Source of the DNA: Octopus sinensis
Taxonomy: Eukaryota
Direction of reading: 5' to 3'
NCBI RefSeq assembly: GCF_006345805.1
Contig: NC_043002.1
Coordinates: forward strand, 49,166,001-49,230,000
DNA length: 64,000 bases
Each line of letters opens with the position of its first letter. Within the stretch, counting starts at the first letter, position 1. The notes under the pieces are model-generated. The model did no database searches, was not told the DNA's origin, and saw nothing but the letters and a program-made list of their open reading frames with translations. Below, piece by piece: positions 35,681-49,160 of this stretch. The position numbers and the translations under genes are program-made.

Positions 35681-35860
35681 CAGGATGGGGCAATAGTAGG
35701 CCTACAGATGTATAGTTGTATATTTTATTTTTTTGTTTCAAACACATTGTACAGTGTTAGTCACGTAATTGCTCAAAATGTCTGCCCTGAACATTGACAT
35801 GCTTCACTGTCTTGTAAAAATAAGAATATACAACTGTTAGCCTACTTTAGCACCACACTA
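35681..35860. mobile_element. 180-bp Tc1/mariner-type MITE
   Basis: TA flanks; decayed TIRs caggatggggcaatagtaggc..tacag / ctgttagcctactttagcaccacacta. Confidence 0.65.
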
Positions 35861-35861
35861 T

Positions 35862-35865
35862 ACAA

Positions 35866-35897
<32 letters not shown>

Positions 35898-36360
35898 GCA
35901 CGCACACGCACACGCACACACACACACGCACACCCACATACACACATACACACATACACACACATACATACATACATACATACATACATACATACATACA
36001 TACATACATACATACATACATACACACTCACGTACGTACATACATGCATACAAATGATCATGATGTTTGGGATTATAAAAATCTGCAAGACCTTAAGATT
36101 TAAAGGATGATTTAAACAAGATGCTTTTCTTCACAACCTTGCTACCAAATAGCTAACCGGTCAAAATTTACTCTGAATTAAAAAGAGCAATACAAGAACA
36201 CACCCACATACACACACACACACAAACACACATACACACACACACACGTGTGTGTATATATATATATATATAGAGATACACATATATACGGCTGCAGGAG
36301 CACACTAACACACACACACACAACACACACACACACACACACACATACAAGATACTATCT
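35862..36360. repeat. Compound (CA)n/(TACA)n/(TA)n microsatellite blocks
   Basis: Read directly. Confidence 0.9.
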
Positions 36361-36614
36361 TTGCACATGCCATGGTATTGTTTGGCGACCATACAAAACC
36401 AGCTTGTATTCACATTTTCCAAAATTAAGAATGCTTCTGAAACATTCAAATAAAACGGTAAGTCAGTATAAGGTAGATATATTTGTATAGGGCAGGGAAC
36501 GAATGTCATGTACTATTGCAGAAAGCAACTGCAATGCCCGAGTAAATAATGCATCAGTATAGAATTGAAAGTGATTGTGGAACACTATTGTAGTGAATAT
36601 ATTAATTAAATATA

Positions 36615-37063
36615 AGGCTGCGAGCATGGAGAATCGTTAGCACGCCGGGCAAAATGCCTAGCGGCATCTAGTCCGTCTTCACATCTTGTGTTCAAATTCC
36701 GCCGAGGCTGATTTTGCCTTTCATCCTTTCGGAGTCGATAAAATGAGTACCAGTTGAACACTGGAGTCTATGTAATCGACTTACCCCTCCCCCGAAATTG
36801 CTGGCCTTGTGCCAGAATTTGAACGCAATATTTACCCCGAGAAGTAAGGCGGCGAGCTGGCAGAATCGTTAGTACACCGGGGAAAAAAGCTTCGTAGCAT
36901 TCTGTCTGAGTTTACGCATTGAGTTCAAATTTCAGTGAGGTCAACTCTGCCTTTCATCCTTTAGGGGTCGATAAGATAAGTACCCGATAAACACAAGGTT
37001 GATGCAATTGACTTAAGCCCTTTCCCGAAGTTGCTGGTCTTGTGAAAAATTCGAAATCAATAT
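36615..37063 (+). mobile_element. Two head-to-tail SINE family A copies
   Basis: About 36615-36830 and 36846-37063, each with head, B box, core and tail. Confidence 0.85.
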
Positions 37064-37994
37064 ATTCACTGAATATATTAATTTAAACTACATCTTAATG
37101 ACATTTATGCAGTGTCATGTTTATAGCAGTTTGAGATTTGTGTTTATATGTTCGATTGTTTAATTTAAGTTGTTGATATTGCAGTGTTGTTGCAACATTC
37201 ATACGGCATTGGGGAATTGTTATGTTAAATCTGTCATTAGTTCACACTGAGGTAGCGTTATGACGTAATTCGTTGACGGCGCCTATGTGTTTTTATTATA
37301 TTTTGATTGTACGTTCTTGTGTTATGTTAGAAATTAGTTGACAATGGGGTGGTGTTATGACTTACTATATTGGCACTCCTCTGGTTTTATAATATTTTAA
37401 CTGACCAAACTGTATATAATTCCGCTAGTATTATGGTTGTAGAATTTAGTATTTCAAATGAGTGTGCTGTATTATATTTTATATTGTATTTTCTCGACAT
37501 CGCAGTAATTTTCTGACTGAAAGTATACCTAAATATTTAAAATTTCCTGATCCTTCTGTTGATGATAAGGAACATGTACGAGTCATAAAGAGATTTGTAG
37601 TACTCTCAGTAGTATTAGATCGATTCTGGGTGCAAAACTTTGCTCTCCCATTACCTCCTCCCTACTCTCATTGATTTTTTTTATGGAAAGGGGAATTTTG
37701 TGTCTAGTAAAATAAAATTAATTTAATTCACATTTCTTCGACCGGGTGACGCGTTGTGTTCTTGAGCAAAACACTTCTCTTCACGTTGCTCCAGTCCATT
37801 CAGCTGGGTAAACTGAGTAACCCTGTGATGGACCAGCGACCCGTCCAGGTGGGGATTATATACGTCATTGAAACCGGGAAACAGGCCCTATGATTCAATA
37901 TGACTCGAGAAGGAACTAATTCATATTAATTAATGGGGTTTCAGTGATATTGGTAAATGAATCAAATTCCCAATGAATGTTAAATTAATAACGT

Positions 37995-38392
37995 TTACTC
38001 TTTTACTCTCTTTTTCTTGTTTCAGTCATTTGACTGTGGCCATGCTGGAGCACCGCCTTTAGTCGAGCAAATCAAACCTAGGACTTATTCTTCTTAAGCC
38101 TAGCACTTATTCTATGGTATTTTTGCCGAACCGCTAGGTTACGGGGACGTAAACACACCAGCATCGTTTGTCAAGTGATATTGGGAGGACAAACACAGAC
38201 ACACAAATACGCACACATATACATATATACGACGGGTTTCTTTCAGTTTCCGTCTAACAAATCCACTCACAAAGCTTTGGTCAGCCAGAGGCTATAGTAG
38301 AAGACACTTGCCAAGGTGCCACGCAGTAGGACTGAACCCGGAACCATGTGGTTCGTAAGCAAGATACTCACCACACAGCCACTCCTACGCCT
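37995..38392 (-). mobile_element. SINE family B, full length
   Basis: tRNA-like head on the reverse strand (gagtggctgtgtggtgag..ggttccgggttcagtcc), internal (CA)/(TA) tract, 3' end aaacaagaaaaagagagtaaaa. Confidence 0.85.
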
Positions 38393-40905
38393 ACGCGTAC
38401 GTTTGTTGAATAGACCTCTGTTTGTAATCCCTAAACAAATAACTCAGTATAACTAGTAGGCAACTACAATGAACATTAAACTGTAACCTATAAAAACAAT
38501 TCCAATAATGATTACTGCTTCATCAGTTGGTATCCTTCCATGAGTTATTAAAGTGTGTGCGTGAGTGTGTGTGTGAGTGTGTATGTGCGTGAGCGCGTGT
38601 TTGTATGTGTGTATGTGTGCGCACGTTTGTGTTTGTCACCACCACCGCTTGACGACTGGTGTTGGATTATTTACTCATTCGTAACTTAGTGGTTCCGGAA
38701 AAGAGACCGATATAATAAGTACCAGACTTAAAAACGAAGTACTGGGATCGATTTGTTCAACTAAACACTCCGAAGTGATGCTCCACTATGGCTGCAATGC
38801 AATGACGGAGAAAAATAAAGGATGATAAAAAATTAAAGGTGATCGAAACAAACATCAAGAAGTTACGTATTCAATGCTGAAACAACGATTATGCCATTCC
38901 ACCACATAGTGACTTTTAGGGTTAAAATCACTGATTGTAATCAAAAAGAAATATGGGATGAAGTTGATGTCGCTCTGGAAAGGGGAGGTAAATACAATGA
39001 ACTGGCTTTACTGACAAGGAAACCGTATCAATAAAACAGACTCTGCATAGTGTAAGATTCGATAGAAATAAAATTCTATCGTCTTAAAAAAAGAAAGCGA
39101 TATTAGAGGTTTAAATAAAGGGTGGAATAGTCACTGAATGTTTTTGGTCATAGGTTTGATTTACCACAGCTGTAGTGGGCCTGGACCTAGTCAACGCATT
39201 AACAAGAAATAGAAACTAAATCGTTCTAAAATCATAACCTACTACCTTATAAAAATTGAGAATGGAAGGATATATCAGTTAACATGTATATATAAACGTA
39301 GATACAAACACACAAGTACAGAAAAAAAATATAAGAGAGAAATATAGTTACTACTAATAGAGAAACAGTTGGTATTGAATATCATTATTTAGTCATCATC
39401 ACTATATACGATAAATATCTAATTGACTGTGTATTGCGCTTTTAAATAATGTGGAAAAAATAGCTATTTTTCTTTACAATGAATTTTGTCGTATCAATAT
39501 ATTGATAGGTATGCAGTTTATGCTTAGCACATTTCATGTATATGTATATTTATGTTAATATTAGTGTTGGCGTATCAGTGAATATTATTGCATACAAAGA
39601 ATATTCTTTAAGGAATTAGCATTTAGCTGAAAAATAGAAACTCATAGTGATTAATTTTAGACGTAGGGGAAAATAGTTTTCGTGATACCTGTGCTTTTCT
39701 CACTTGAATAAGTGGAAAAATTGAGCATATATGGTGACAAACATGAATAGAAACCAGATCATGAATTCTGTACGCTGGGAGCAAAGAGAGAGCCGTATCG
39801 CAGTTGCTCAAGGTATTACAAGGAGCAGACAAATCTCCTTCAAATCACACTTTATGCGTAAAAAAACCTAGGGATATAATAATGAATAATGTACTCCTGG
39901 ACGCATCCCACAACTGACTGACATCAGGGGATGATGTTGTTATCTCGGTCAATAACATACTCCTTGAAACCGGGTAACCAGCGAAACTCCTAGATGGTCG
40001 CGGATGGAAATCGTTTTGATCATTGGACTACTCATTCAGATCTGACCTTGGGTTATACAGCAATACTGACAAGCAATAAAAAAAAGTTCTTTTTTGACTT
40101 GACAGAAAAGCCATTTTTTTTATAAGGAATACCAAAACAGGTTGGTATGTTTTCAAGAGTATTTGAAGCGTCAGTGAAGTGAAATAGTTTAAGTTTGCGA
40201 TTGAAACCGCATTGTAGATGCAGCTTACAATTACATTTAATGAATGAACTGAAGACGCAAAAGGCAAACTTTTTGTATATTCGCTCATCGTGCAAGAAAT
40301 AGCTGACAAATCTCCCTGAAATCATACTCTGCCGTATAACAAAATGGTAGGACATATCGGGCGACGTAGACCGAGATTTTCATGCCAATTCAGAACCTTT
40401 ATAAAGACATGTTGCATAGTTACATTGTCGATTTAGCTTTGCAGAATTTTCTTCTAAGAGATGAAACTACTTTAGAATAGTATTTCCCAATGAAATATTA
40501 ATCACATCAGCAAGATTATCAAGTGTTTAATCTTTTCTGGAATACTTCACTAATCTAAGAGTGGTAAAATTAGCAAAACAAAACAACGAAAAAAAAAAAA
40601 AACACTGCACTACCATCTACAATAACATTACGAACTCCATCATAAACAACCTCTCCATCTACAATTACCCGACCATCCCAATCTGCAAGAATAACAACAA
40701 CAATGCTACCTTCGTCTGTAACGACACTTCCTGCATCTACTACTGTCTATCTTCACATTGTCGTCTTAAGAAAAGGACATTATGAATGATGTAGTCCTGC
40801 ACACATTATGACTGAAAACAATATATGACTGGATGGTCATGGCTGGAATGTCTTTGATCATAGGTCTACTCTATCAGAAATGACTAAACTATAGCAACAA
40901 CAGCA

Positions 40906-41300
40906 GGAGGCGCAATGGCCCAATGGTTAGGGCAGCAGACTCGCGGTCGGAGGATTGCGGTTTCGATTCCCAGACTGGGCATTGTGTGTGTTTATTGAGC
41001 GAAAACACCTAAAGTTCCATGAGGCTCCGGCAGGGTGGTGGTGGCGGCCCCTGTTGTATTCTTTCGCTCCAACTTTCTCTCACTCTTTCTTCCTGTTTCT
41101 TGTCCCCGACTTCCTACGCAACCGCTGAGCCTGGATGCGCATTCATCCATCCGTCGATGCTCTCAGTTGATCTGCTTTCTCTTCTGCGGGTTTTACGAAT
41201 AGCAAAGGACCACGTTTCGGACTTCTCCCATCTTGCGACTTCTGGGACGAAGACCGTTCGCTCAACAGCAACAGCAACAACAAAACAGCGACCATCTATC
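40906..41300 (+). mobile_element. tRNA-derived SINE family D with (CAA/CAG)n tail
   Basis: ggcgcaatggcccaatggttagggcagcagactcgcgg..ggtttcgattccc head with A and B boxes; unrelated body; caacagcaacagcaacaacaa tail. Confidence 0.8.
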
Positions 41301-42660
41301 GTTATCAATGAGTAAGTATTTACGTGATCATTCGAACAGTTGGAAAAAACAACTGAATTTCCCTTGAATTGAACTTTCCTTTTGAGAAATGAAGAGCTCA
41401 TTGGTCAATAATGTAATTGATATAAAAAATAATGGATGGCCACAACTGGGATGCTCATTTTATCATAAGTCGGGTCATTCAGAAATGACTTAAAGCTGAG
41501 CAATCACAAGTTGCCAGTATGAAACAATTTCGAAGCGTCTACGTGGTCTCCTTGCTGTACTAGAAATAGCAGCCAAAGCTCTCTGAAGTTACACAAAACA
41601 CCGTGTAACGTAAAAAAAAGAAAAAAAAAGCCCACTAGATAATGCATTTTGAAATAAACTACCTAAAAGGATGGTATAGACAAGGCTGGAGCACTTTTGA
41701 TCGTAGGTCGGCTCGAGCAGACCTCATTTTCGATCGGACAGCAGCATACCTCACATGTAAGTAGTTTAAAATTTTAAACAGAAAGGGGAGATTGGAAGTT
41801 GTGGCGTCCATCTCCCTCTCTCTCTCTTAGTACATCTTCCCGCAATTATTAAGCAATATATGGCAAGTAGTTTATACATGGTGTGAAAGCATAAATACAT
41901 TTAAATCGAACCAGCGAAATCTTAGCTCTGTGGAATGGTTCTCAGCAGCAGTTAACGTCAATACACCGAAATAAGTAAAAACAAAAATAAAATTAATCGG
42001 GTTTAATTGAAAAATATACTCCAAATTCCGTTATGTTGTTTAAATTCCGGTTGTCACTGTCTTACAACAAAGTTAATGTCGAACAGAAATTCTTTTAGAG
42101 TCTAATTAAGAATCAACTCACAGGATTTAGAGACATAAAAATCTACTAATAGATTATTGCACGTTGGTAATAAACAAAGATTGGCTTAGTACAAAGTAAA
42201 TTGAAAAGGTTATGAAGTGACAAGATCTTCAACAGATCAGTTTAACTCAAGTCTCTCCTGCAGAACACTTTTTACGCGTTGTTATGTATTCTCGTCATCT
42301 CTACACAAAGAGCTTATAAAGGGTTACGTTAAAATTACTCTAGATTAGCAAATCAAATGAGAAATACAGATCCTCGTGTTGGATGTATATATGATTAAGA
42401 CAGTAAAATATCGTATACTTAAGAATAAGATGCTTACAGGAATAGAATGCAAGTATGAAAAGAATAAACCTAACGTTATGTCGCTGACTACGTTCATAAT
42501 ATATGCGTACATGTCTATGTAGTATATGTACATTTTATGTATGGATGAACATACACACGCATATAAATGTATATAAATGTGTGTGTGGTTAGTGTAATCT
42601 ACTAATCCCCTTCCTCCTGAAAAAAATTGCTGGCCTTATATTTACCTTTGAAAAAAAATA

Positions 42661-42872
42661 TGGCGGTGAAATAACGTAATCATTAGCGAAACCGGACAAA
42701 ACGTGCAGCGGCATTTCTTCTGGATCTTTACATACCGAGTTCAAATCTCACCGAAATTAAATTTACTTTCATCCCTTCGGGGGTCGATAAAATAAAAGAC
42801 CAGTCAAGTAGTAGGATTGATATAATCGACTTGCCCCCACCCCGCCCAAAATTACTGGTTTTGAGTCAAAAA

Positions 42873-42906
<34 letters not shown>

Positions 42907-43112
42907 GGCGGCGAAATGTTTGAATCGTTAGCACGCCGGACGAAATGTTTTTAGCAGTATTTCGCTACGTTCCGAGTTCAAATTCCGCCGAAGTCGGCTT
43001 TAATTTTCATCCTTTCGGGATCGATAAAATAAGTACCAGTTGAACACTGGGGTTGATATAAAGGTCTCATCCCCTCCACCATAACTTCTGCCCTTGTGGC
43101 AAAATTTTAAAC

Positions 43113-43187
<75 letters not shown>

Positions 43188-43860
43188 ATGGCGGCGAACT
43201 GGTTAAATCATTAGCACGCTGGACGAAACGCTTAGCAGAATTTCGCCTGTCGCTGCGTTCCTAGTTCAAATTCTGCCGAGGTCGGCTTTGCCTTTTATCC
43301 TTTCGGAGACGATAAATGAAGTACCAGTCGAGTACTGGGGTCGATGTTATCGACTTTCTCCCTCTCCCATTTTCAGTCCTTATGCCTATCATAGAAAGGA
43401 TTATTATTATTATTATTGTTGTTGTTGTTAAAATTTTGATGTTAGTGAAGCAAACTTGTCACTTGGGCACAAGGTCACAAATTTATAGAGGAATAAAAAA
43501 GAAATGCAAGGCTTTTCTCATACTTTTCTCATTAACGTTAACGACACTGCCAATGAAGTAAATTTCAGCCAGGAAACGAAACGGCTGAGCGGTATTAGAG
43601 GGAAGTTATCTCTCCTCTGCACTGATTGATATAATGACCAATATTATTATTAAGAGGACGGCGAGTTCACAGAATAGCTAGATCGTGGGACAAAATATTT
43701 AGTGTCCTTTCTTCCCTGCCCTTTATGTTCTGAATTCAAATTCCGCCGAGGACAGTGTTGCCTCTTATCTATTCGTGGTTGATAAAATATAGCAGTGGAG
43801 TTGATGGCATCGACAAAATACTCTTCAAAATTGCTAACCTTGTGCCTAAATGAGATATAA
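42661..43860 (+). mobile_element. Train of four same-orientation SINE family A copies with (ATT)n spacers
   Basis: About 42661-42872, 42906-43112, 43189-43405 and 43655-43860; (ATT)n at 42873-42905 and 43113-43186. Confidence 0.85.
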
Positions 43861-46422
43861 TTTATGTCGACCAGCTCCAGTAAGTGAAATAAGTATGAAA
43901 AAAATTTTGAATAAATAAAATAAAATCCAGTGTCCGGTTTATCTACAATACAAGGAGTCTGAGGAAAGGCATCGTGACACGTGGAATCATGACCACTTCG
44001 CAAACACAGTTCTGTAAACTCACCGCCACTCTGCCGCACAGATGTAAAGAGAACTGGATTCAGTCGGTATTTGTTAGACGGCCGAAGGCTCGGTTTGTCG
44101 GTGGCATTTCTTCTTGATTTACAGTAATTTGCTTATACCAGCCTCACTAATCTTTGCCATAATCAATCATACCTTCGCAGTCCTGGAAATTTATCCTGAC
44201 CATCTTAGAGTTTTTTAAACAAACAGTTTATAAAATAGATCTTGTAAACAAATCATTCTGTTATGAGAGAGTAGAATATTTATTTAGCTAAATAGTAATA
44301 ACTGACCGAACAAACACTAGCTGGTAACTGTTTCTTTGAAAGTCAATACAAAAAGAAAGTAAAAGAAAAAAATGAACAACACTTGATAGGGAAGATATAG
44401 GAGAAAGAAAGGAGTATTTATTTATAGCTTATACTTGTTTCTAGTTATGTCAAATGAGTAGCGTCAATTCGTAATATTGACACATAACGGAGCATCGAAT
44501 GGTTTTCAGAATGTTATAAGACTGTCAATGACGATAACGAAACGTTTGAATGAGAAAGAAAAATATGGAAAAAGTGAGAGTAGTTAAAACACAAGTTAAA
44601 GAAAGAAAGCAGAAAAGAAAAGAAATGATATGGCTTAAAGAATAATTTTTAAAAGTAGAGGAGGAAAGAAGGAGATAAATAAAGATTTTAACAACAAAAT
44701 CTAATATGAATCTCCACCCCCACCAACTAGTGGTCATATGGATTCCGGTTGAGAAGAATTAGGCTCTACATTATTTAATGCATCATTTTCTTTTAGTTAA
44801 GAGAGTAGGTTGCGATTTAAGGAAAATATAGTTGCCACTTTTAACAGGTCAAGCGACTATGTAAAGATTCCTTCCCTGGCTTGGGTGTAACGTGTGTATT
44901 ATTTGAGTGATGTAAGAGAAACCGCAATATTTCAGTAGTTTTCAAATTTTACTACTACGGTAAACTATTCTAAGTTCTTTATTTCAAACCCCTGGCTATC
45001 TTTTCCATAGGAATCTTTTAGATAGAGGTTTTTTCATGCTTTAGGTTTAACACAGCTATCACGGCTTTTAGTCTTGCCACAATCATCACAGCTATGGTCA
45101 TATTGGAGTACGAATGTCACAACTGAATATTCTTTTGTGCCGTCTCTGTGAAATCAATGGTTCCATTTAAAAAATTTATTTTTGTGGAGAATTCCTTATA
45201 TTTTGTATTTACCTCAGTAATTGGTGAATCAATGAATCAGTGATGGCTGATTTTCGTTCATCTTTTTTTTTTGCAAATGGTTCATCTACGATGCAAGAAG
45301 CAAAATCATGTACATATCTCTTCAAAGTTTTATAGGAAGATTCTTTTCTGCGAAGTTACATAAACATTTTGGAAAATAATAGAGATTATAAAGACATTCA
45401 CTACAGACCTATTAGATAGTGTTCTGATAACCTCTATGATCCCTTTTAGGATAACAGATAATCAAACAAGATGCTCAACTGTCTTCTTTTCCAACGTTGT
45501 TGAGCTTGTGATATTGTGATACAAGAGTGAAAAGAAAGTACACTCTCTAAACTTTATGTTCAGATAAAAAGCTCTGAACTTTTCTTATTTGAAATCAGAT
45601 CAGATTTTTGTCTTATTTATTATATGGTTTCAGTTCAACATCTTTAAGCATATTTCAACCAACTTACACTGGTTTATGTAACATACATAATTCCGCAAGC
45701 ACACACACACACACACAAAAGCAAGCATAACACACAAATACACCATACACGCAAGCATTCAAACACACTCGCACGTGCGCTATATCTGAAATTTGGGCAA
45801 GGTAAAACTAGTTCCGCAACATACTGCAGCGTTACTCTATAGTGTCAACTGTAAACAAAAGTTATTTTTCCATGGTTAAAGATACTAATGTAGTTAGTCG
45901 ACAGGAACCTGATATCAAATAAAGTGTTAAACTCACTCTTTCGGTATGCAAATTAGTAACCCCAGTTCACTGCGGTTACTGTATTTGTTGAGTATATAAA
46001 CAAATCGATGTACGACCCAATGAGGTTAGAAAATCGTTTAAGGCCGTCCATTTGTTTTTTCAGACTACGGAGAAGTGGCTAAATTTGCCCTGCATAGATA
46101 TCATTCTTATTTCTTTCAGCCATATGCACATAAGTGTTTACTGTTCTGTACTCTGTAGGCTAAGAAAAGTGTTTGAAGCATTTTAGATCCAAGAGACTGT
46201 CTTAGCATCAAGCATATTGATAATCAGATGACAAGGTATGGATATCTTGGATGTAGTAATATATTTCTTACATCTTGTTGATACATTGACAAATGACTTC
46301 TACTATAGTCACGAGTTAATCAACTACTAATTTTAAAATAATAACTATTGCATGGATCCAAGTCCTTAAGGAATGGAACGTACAATCAATTTCCTGTTCA
46401 TATATCAACTGCATAGATATAG

Positions 46423-46465
<43 letters not shown>

Positions 46466-46982
46466 TGAGGCGACTATTCAGCGCAGGGCGTCTTATTTAA
46501 CTTAGGTAAAGGTTATTTTCTTTGGGGATGAAAGGAAAAAGAGGAAAAATTTCAATTATTTATTTAAAAACGTAAAGATAAAAAATACAAAAGGAATTAA
46601 AAATGCTAAATTATATTCTTTAATTCCCACTTTTGAGTTTGATTTGATAACTAATATCTCGCAAATATTCTAGTTTGTCAATTCTCGTATGATATTCAGA
46701 AACTATTTATGCTCGGAATATGCTCGTTCATACTGTGAATGCTTTACAGTGTCTTGTGTCGTTTCGTATGGGCTATGTTGATGATTTTTTTTGCTGGTGT
46801 TTGTTGCATGTACATGTATGCTTTTTGCTTATATCGGTTAATCTATTCTATGACTGCTGTGTTCCTAGGTTGCATGCGCATTTGTTTTAGATATACAACC
46901 AATATCAATACAACGTGATAATGAATTACATGTATTACATGCATATTACTGAATTGTCTATGCACTGAATTGTCGGTAAACG

Positions 46983-46983
<1 letters not shown>

Positions 46984-47064
<81 letters not shown>

Positions 47065-47084
47065 TGTGGTGTGTGTGTGTGTGT

Positions 47085-47125
<41 letters not shown>
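46984..47125. repeat. (TA)n(TG)n microsatellite
   Basis: Read directly. Confidence 0.95.
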
Positions 47126-47127
<2 letters not shown>

Positions 47128-47555
47128 GTTAATAAAAAACGGAGACAAAAGACAACAAAAAAACAACGTCGTGCATGCAAAGTATTAATAGGACACTCAG
47201 AGAAGGAAAGAAAGGGTGTTTTACGTTTCGAGCAAAACTCTTCTTCAGAAACAGGAGACAGCGGAAAGTTCAAGAGAAAAGCAAGACGGAAGTAAAAAGA
47301 TCGCCAACAGTCTACATTTTGGAAATGAAAGAGCTCACACACACTAGAAAGAAACTTTTTCCAAAAAGGTTAGTGATGTTCTGATAAAGAATTTACAACT
47401 TGCTTTTTACAATAACTTTTTTAAAGAATTTTGTTTTTATACTCGGTAAAACTGTATCAAATAATTTTCACAACAATTTATATATATATACTAGGTACTG
47501 TAAATTTAGGGTGAATACTTGAACGGTACGTTAAAATAACCTTTATAGGTAAAAT

Positions 47556-47743
47556 TATCCACATAATTATAACTAGGGCTCAGCTAACTGCTTCACCAAA
47601 TACCAAAATTAGAAATAGGAGTTAAAAAATTCCCTTTATGCTACTATAAGATTCTTATAGTAGCAGAATGGAAATTTTTAAACTCCTATTTCTAATTTTG
47701 GTATTTGGTGAAGCAGTTAGCTGAGCCCTAATTATAATTATGT

Positions 47744-47748
<5 letters not shown>
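47556..47748. repeat. 193-bp near-perfect palindrome abutting (TA)n
   Basis: 96-bp arms centred on 47652 with about 5 mismatches and no net indel. Confidence 0.9.
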
Positions 47749-47799
<51 letters not shown>

Positions 47800-48074
47800 G
47801 ATGGATTCTACCGTCGAAGAAGAAGTATGAGTGTTCAGCATTTTGCCGAACGCCCTACACAAATTATTTGTTGATACTGATCCATTGCATGTGCTATAGA
47901 TTAACTCACTCTCTCCATCAAATTGACATTGTCTGGTGTACCAAACGTGAGATGTTGCAGTGATCGCAGAGTAACGTGAGCTGAAGTGTTTTACTCAAGA
48001 ACACAACACACCACTTGGTCAAGGAATTGAAACCACGATCCCGCGTGTAACACCCTAACCACTAGGCCATCGCC

Positions 48075-48122
<48 letters not shown>

Positions 48123-48884
48123 TTAAACGCTTTTATGTTGAACTCAAAGTCGATGCTTCATCAGGCGGTGAAGCAGTACTGTAGGTGTTTCGTTCGTTTC
48201 AACCGAGACACAAGGGCTGCCCGCGACCAGCCACCAATGTGCGCGAAACCCTGCACAAAACCACACATACACACGTATATACAAATATGCATAATCGATA
48301 GTTTTAATCTCAAAGAAAATTTACTGCACTTAGAGTTTGTTAGACTAAACTGCGATGAAAATGAAAATATGCAACCAATTGTATTTAAATTATTTCTGCT
48401 AATTCTCAACTGTGTTTTTTGAAAAATTCCTTATATTTATAATTTTAGGATGAATACACATACAAAACAATGAAGCAAAAAAATCGATAAACGCTACGTT
48501 ATTTTCCTGTATAAATAATCAAGTGTTGAAATCTACAAAAATGCAACATATACACTGCAGCACGAAACATTTCATTAAAAGTTGATAGATTTAATTTTCG
48601 AATTAATTTCGTACATTGTTGAAAACATATTTCTTGCGTAAATATATACATTAAAGTTATCGACTTTTATTTATCTATTTATTTATCTATGTATTTATTT
48701 ATTTATTGTTAGAGAATGAACTATCTCAAGACTTAATAATGAAGTCAACCAATCCTCTCTCCATTTCAAAAAAATCTCGTTCAAAATTTGCAAACTTCCA
48801 ATAGTCAAACGGATTTTGCTTGCTAACCTCATGCATTTAAATATTCAATCTATATTTATGAGCTTTCAACATATGTATATATAT

Positions 48885-48886
48885 AC

Positions 48887-48961
<75 letters not shown>

Positions 48962-49160
48962 TATATATATATACATATACATACATACATACATACATAC
49001 ATACATACATGCATGAATACATACATACATTTATATATATAATAAATGTATATATATATATACACATACATACATTTATATATATAATAAATGTATATAT
49101 ATATATACATACATATGTATGTATGTATATGATATTTATATATATATATATACACACGCA
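48885..49160. repeat. (TA)n/(TACA)n block with a 45-bp tandem duplication
   Basis: Units 49021-49065 and 49066-49110. Confidence 0.9.

Noticed and set aside
40906-40985. tRNA genes at SINE heads (also 52770-52840 and family A/B heads)
   Set aside because: A and B boxes are present but there is no closed acceptor stem, and each continues into a SINE body.
48150-48200. CTGATGA on the minus strand next to (TA)n as another hammerhead (also hits near 7450, 10457, 38520 and 56085)
   Set aside because: No correctly placed GAAA with stems I and III; chance heptamer hits.
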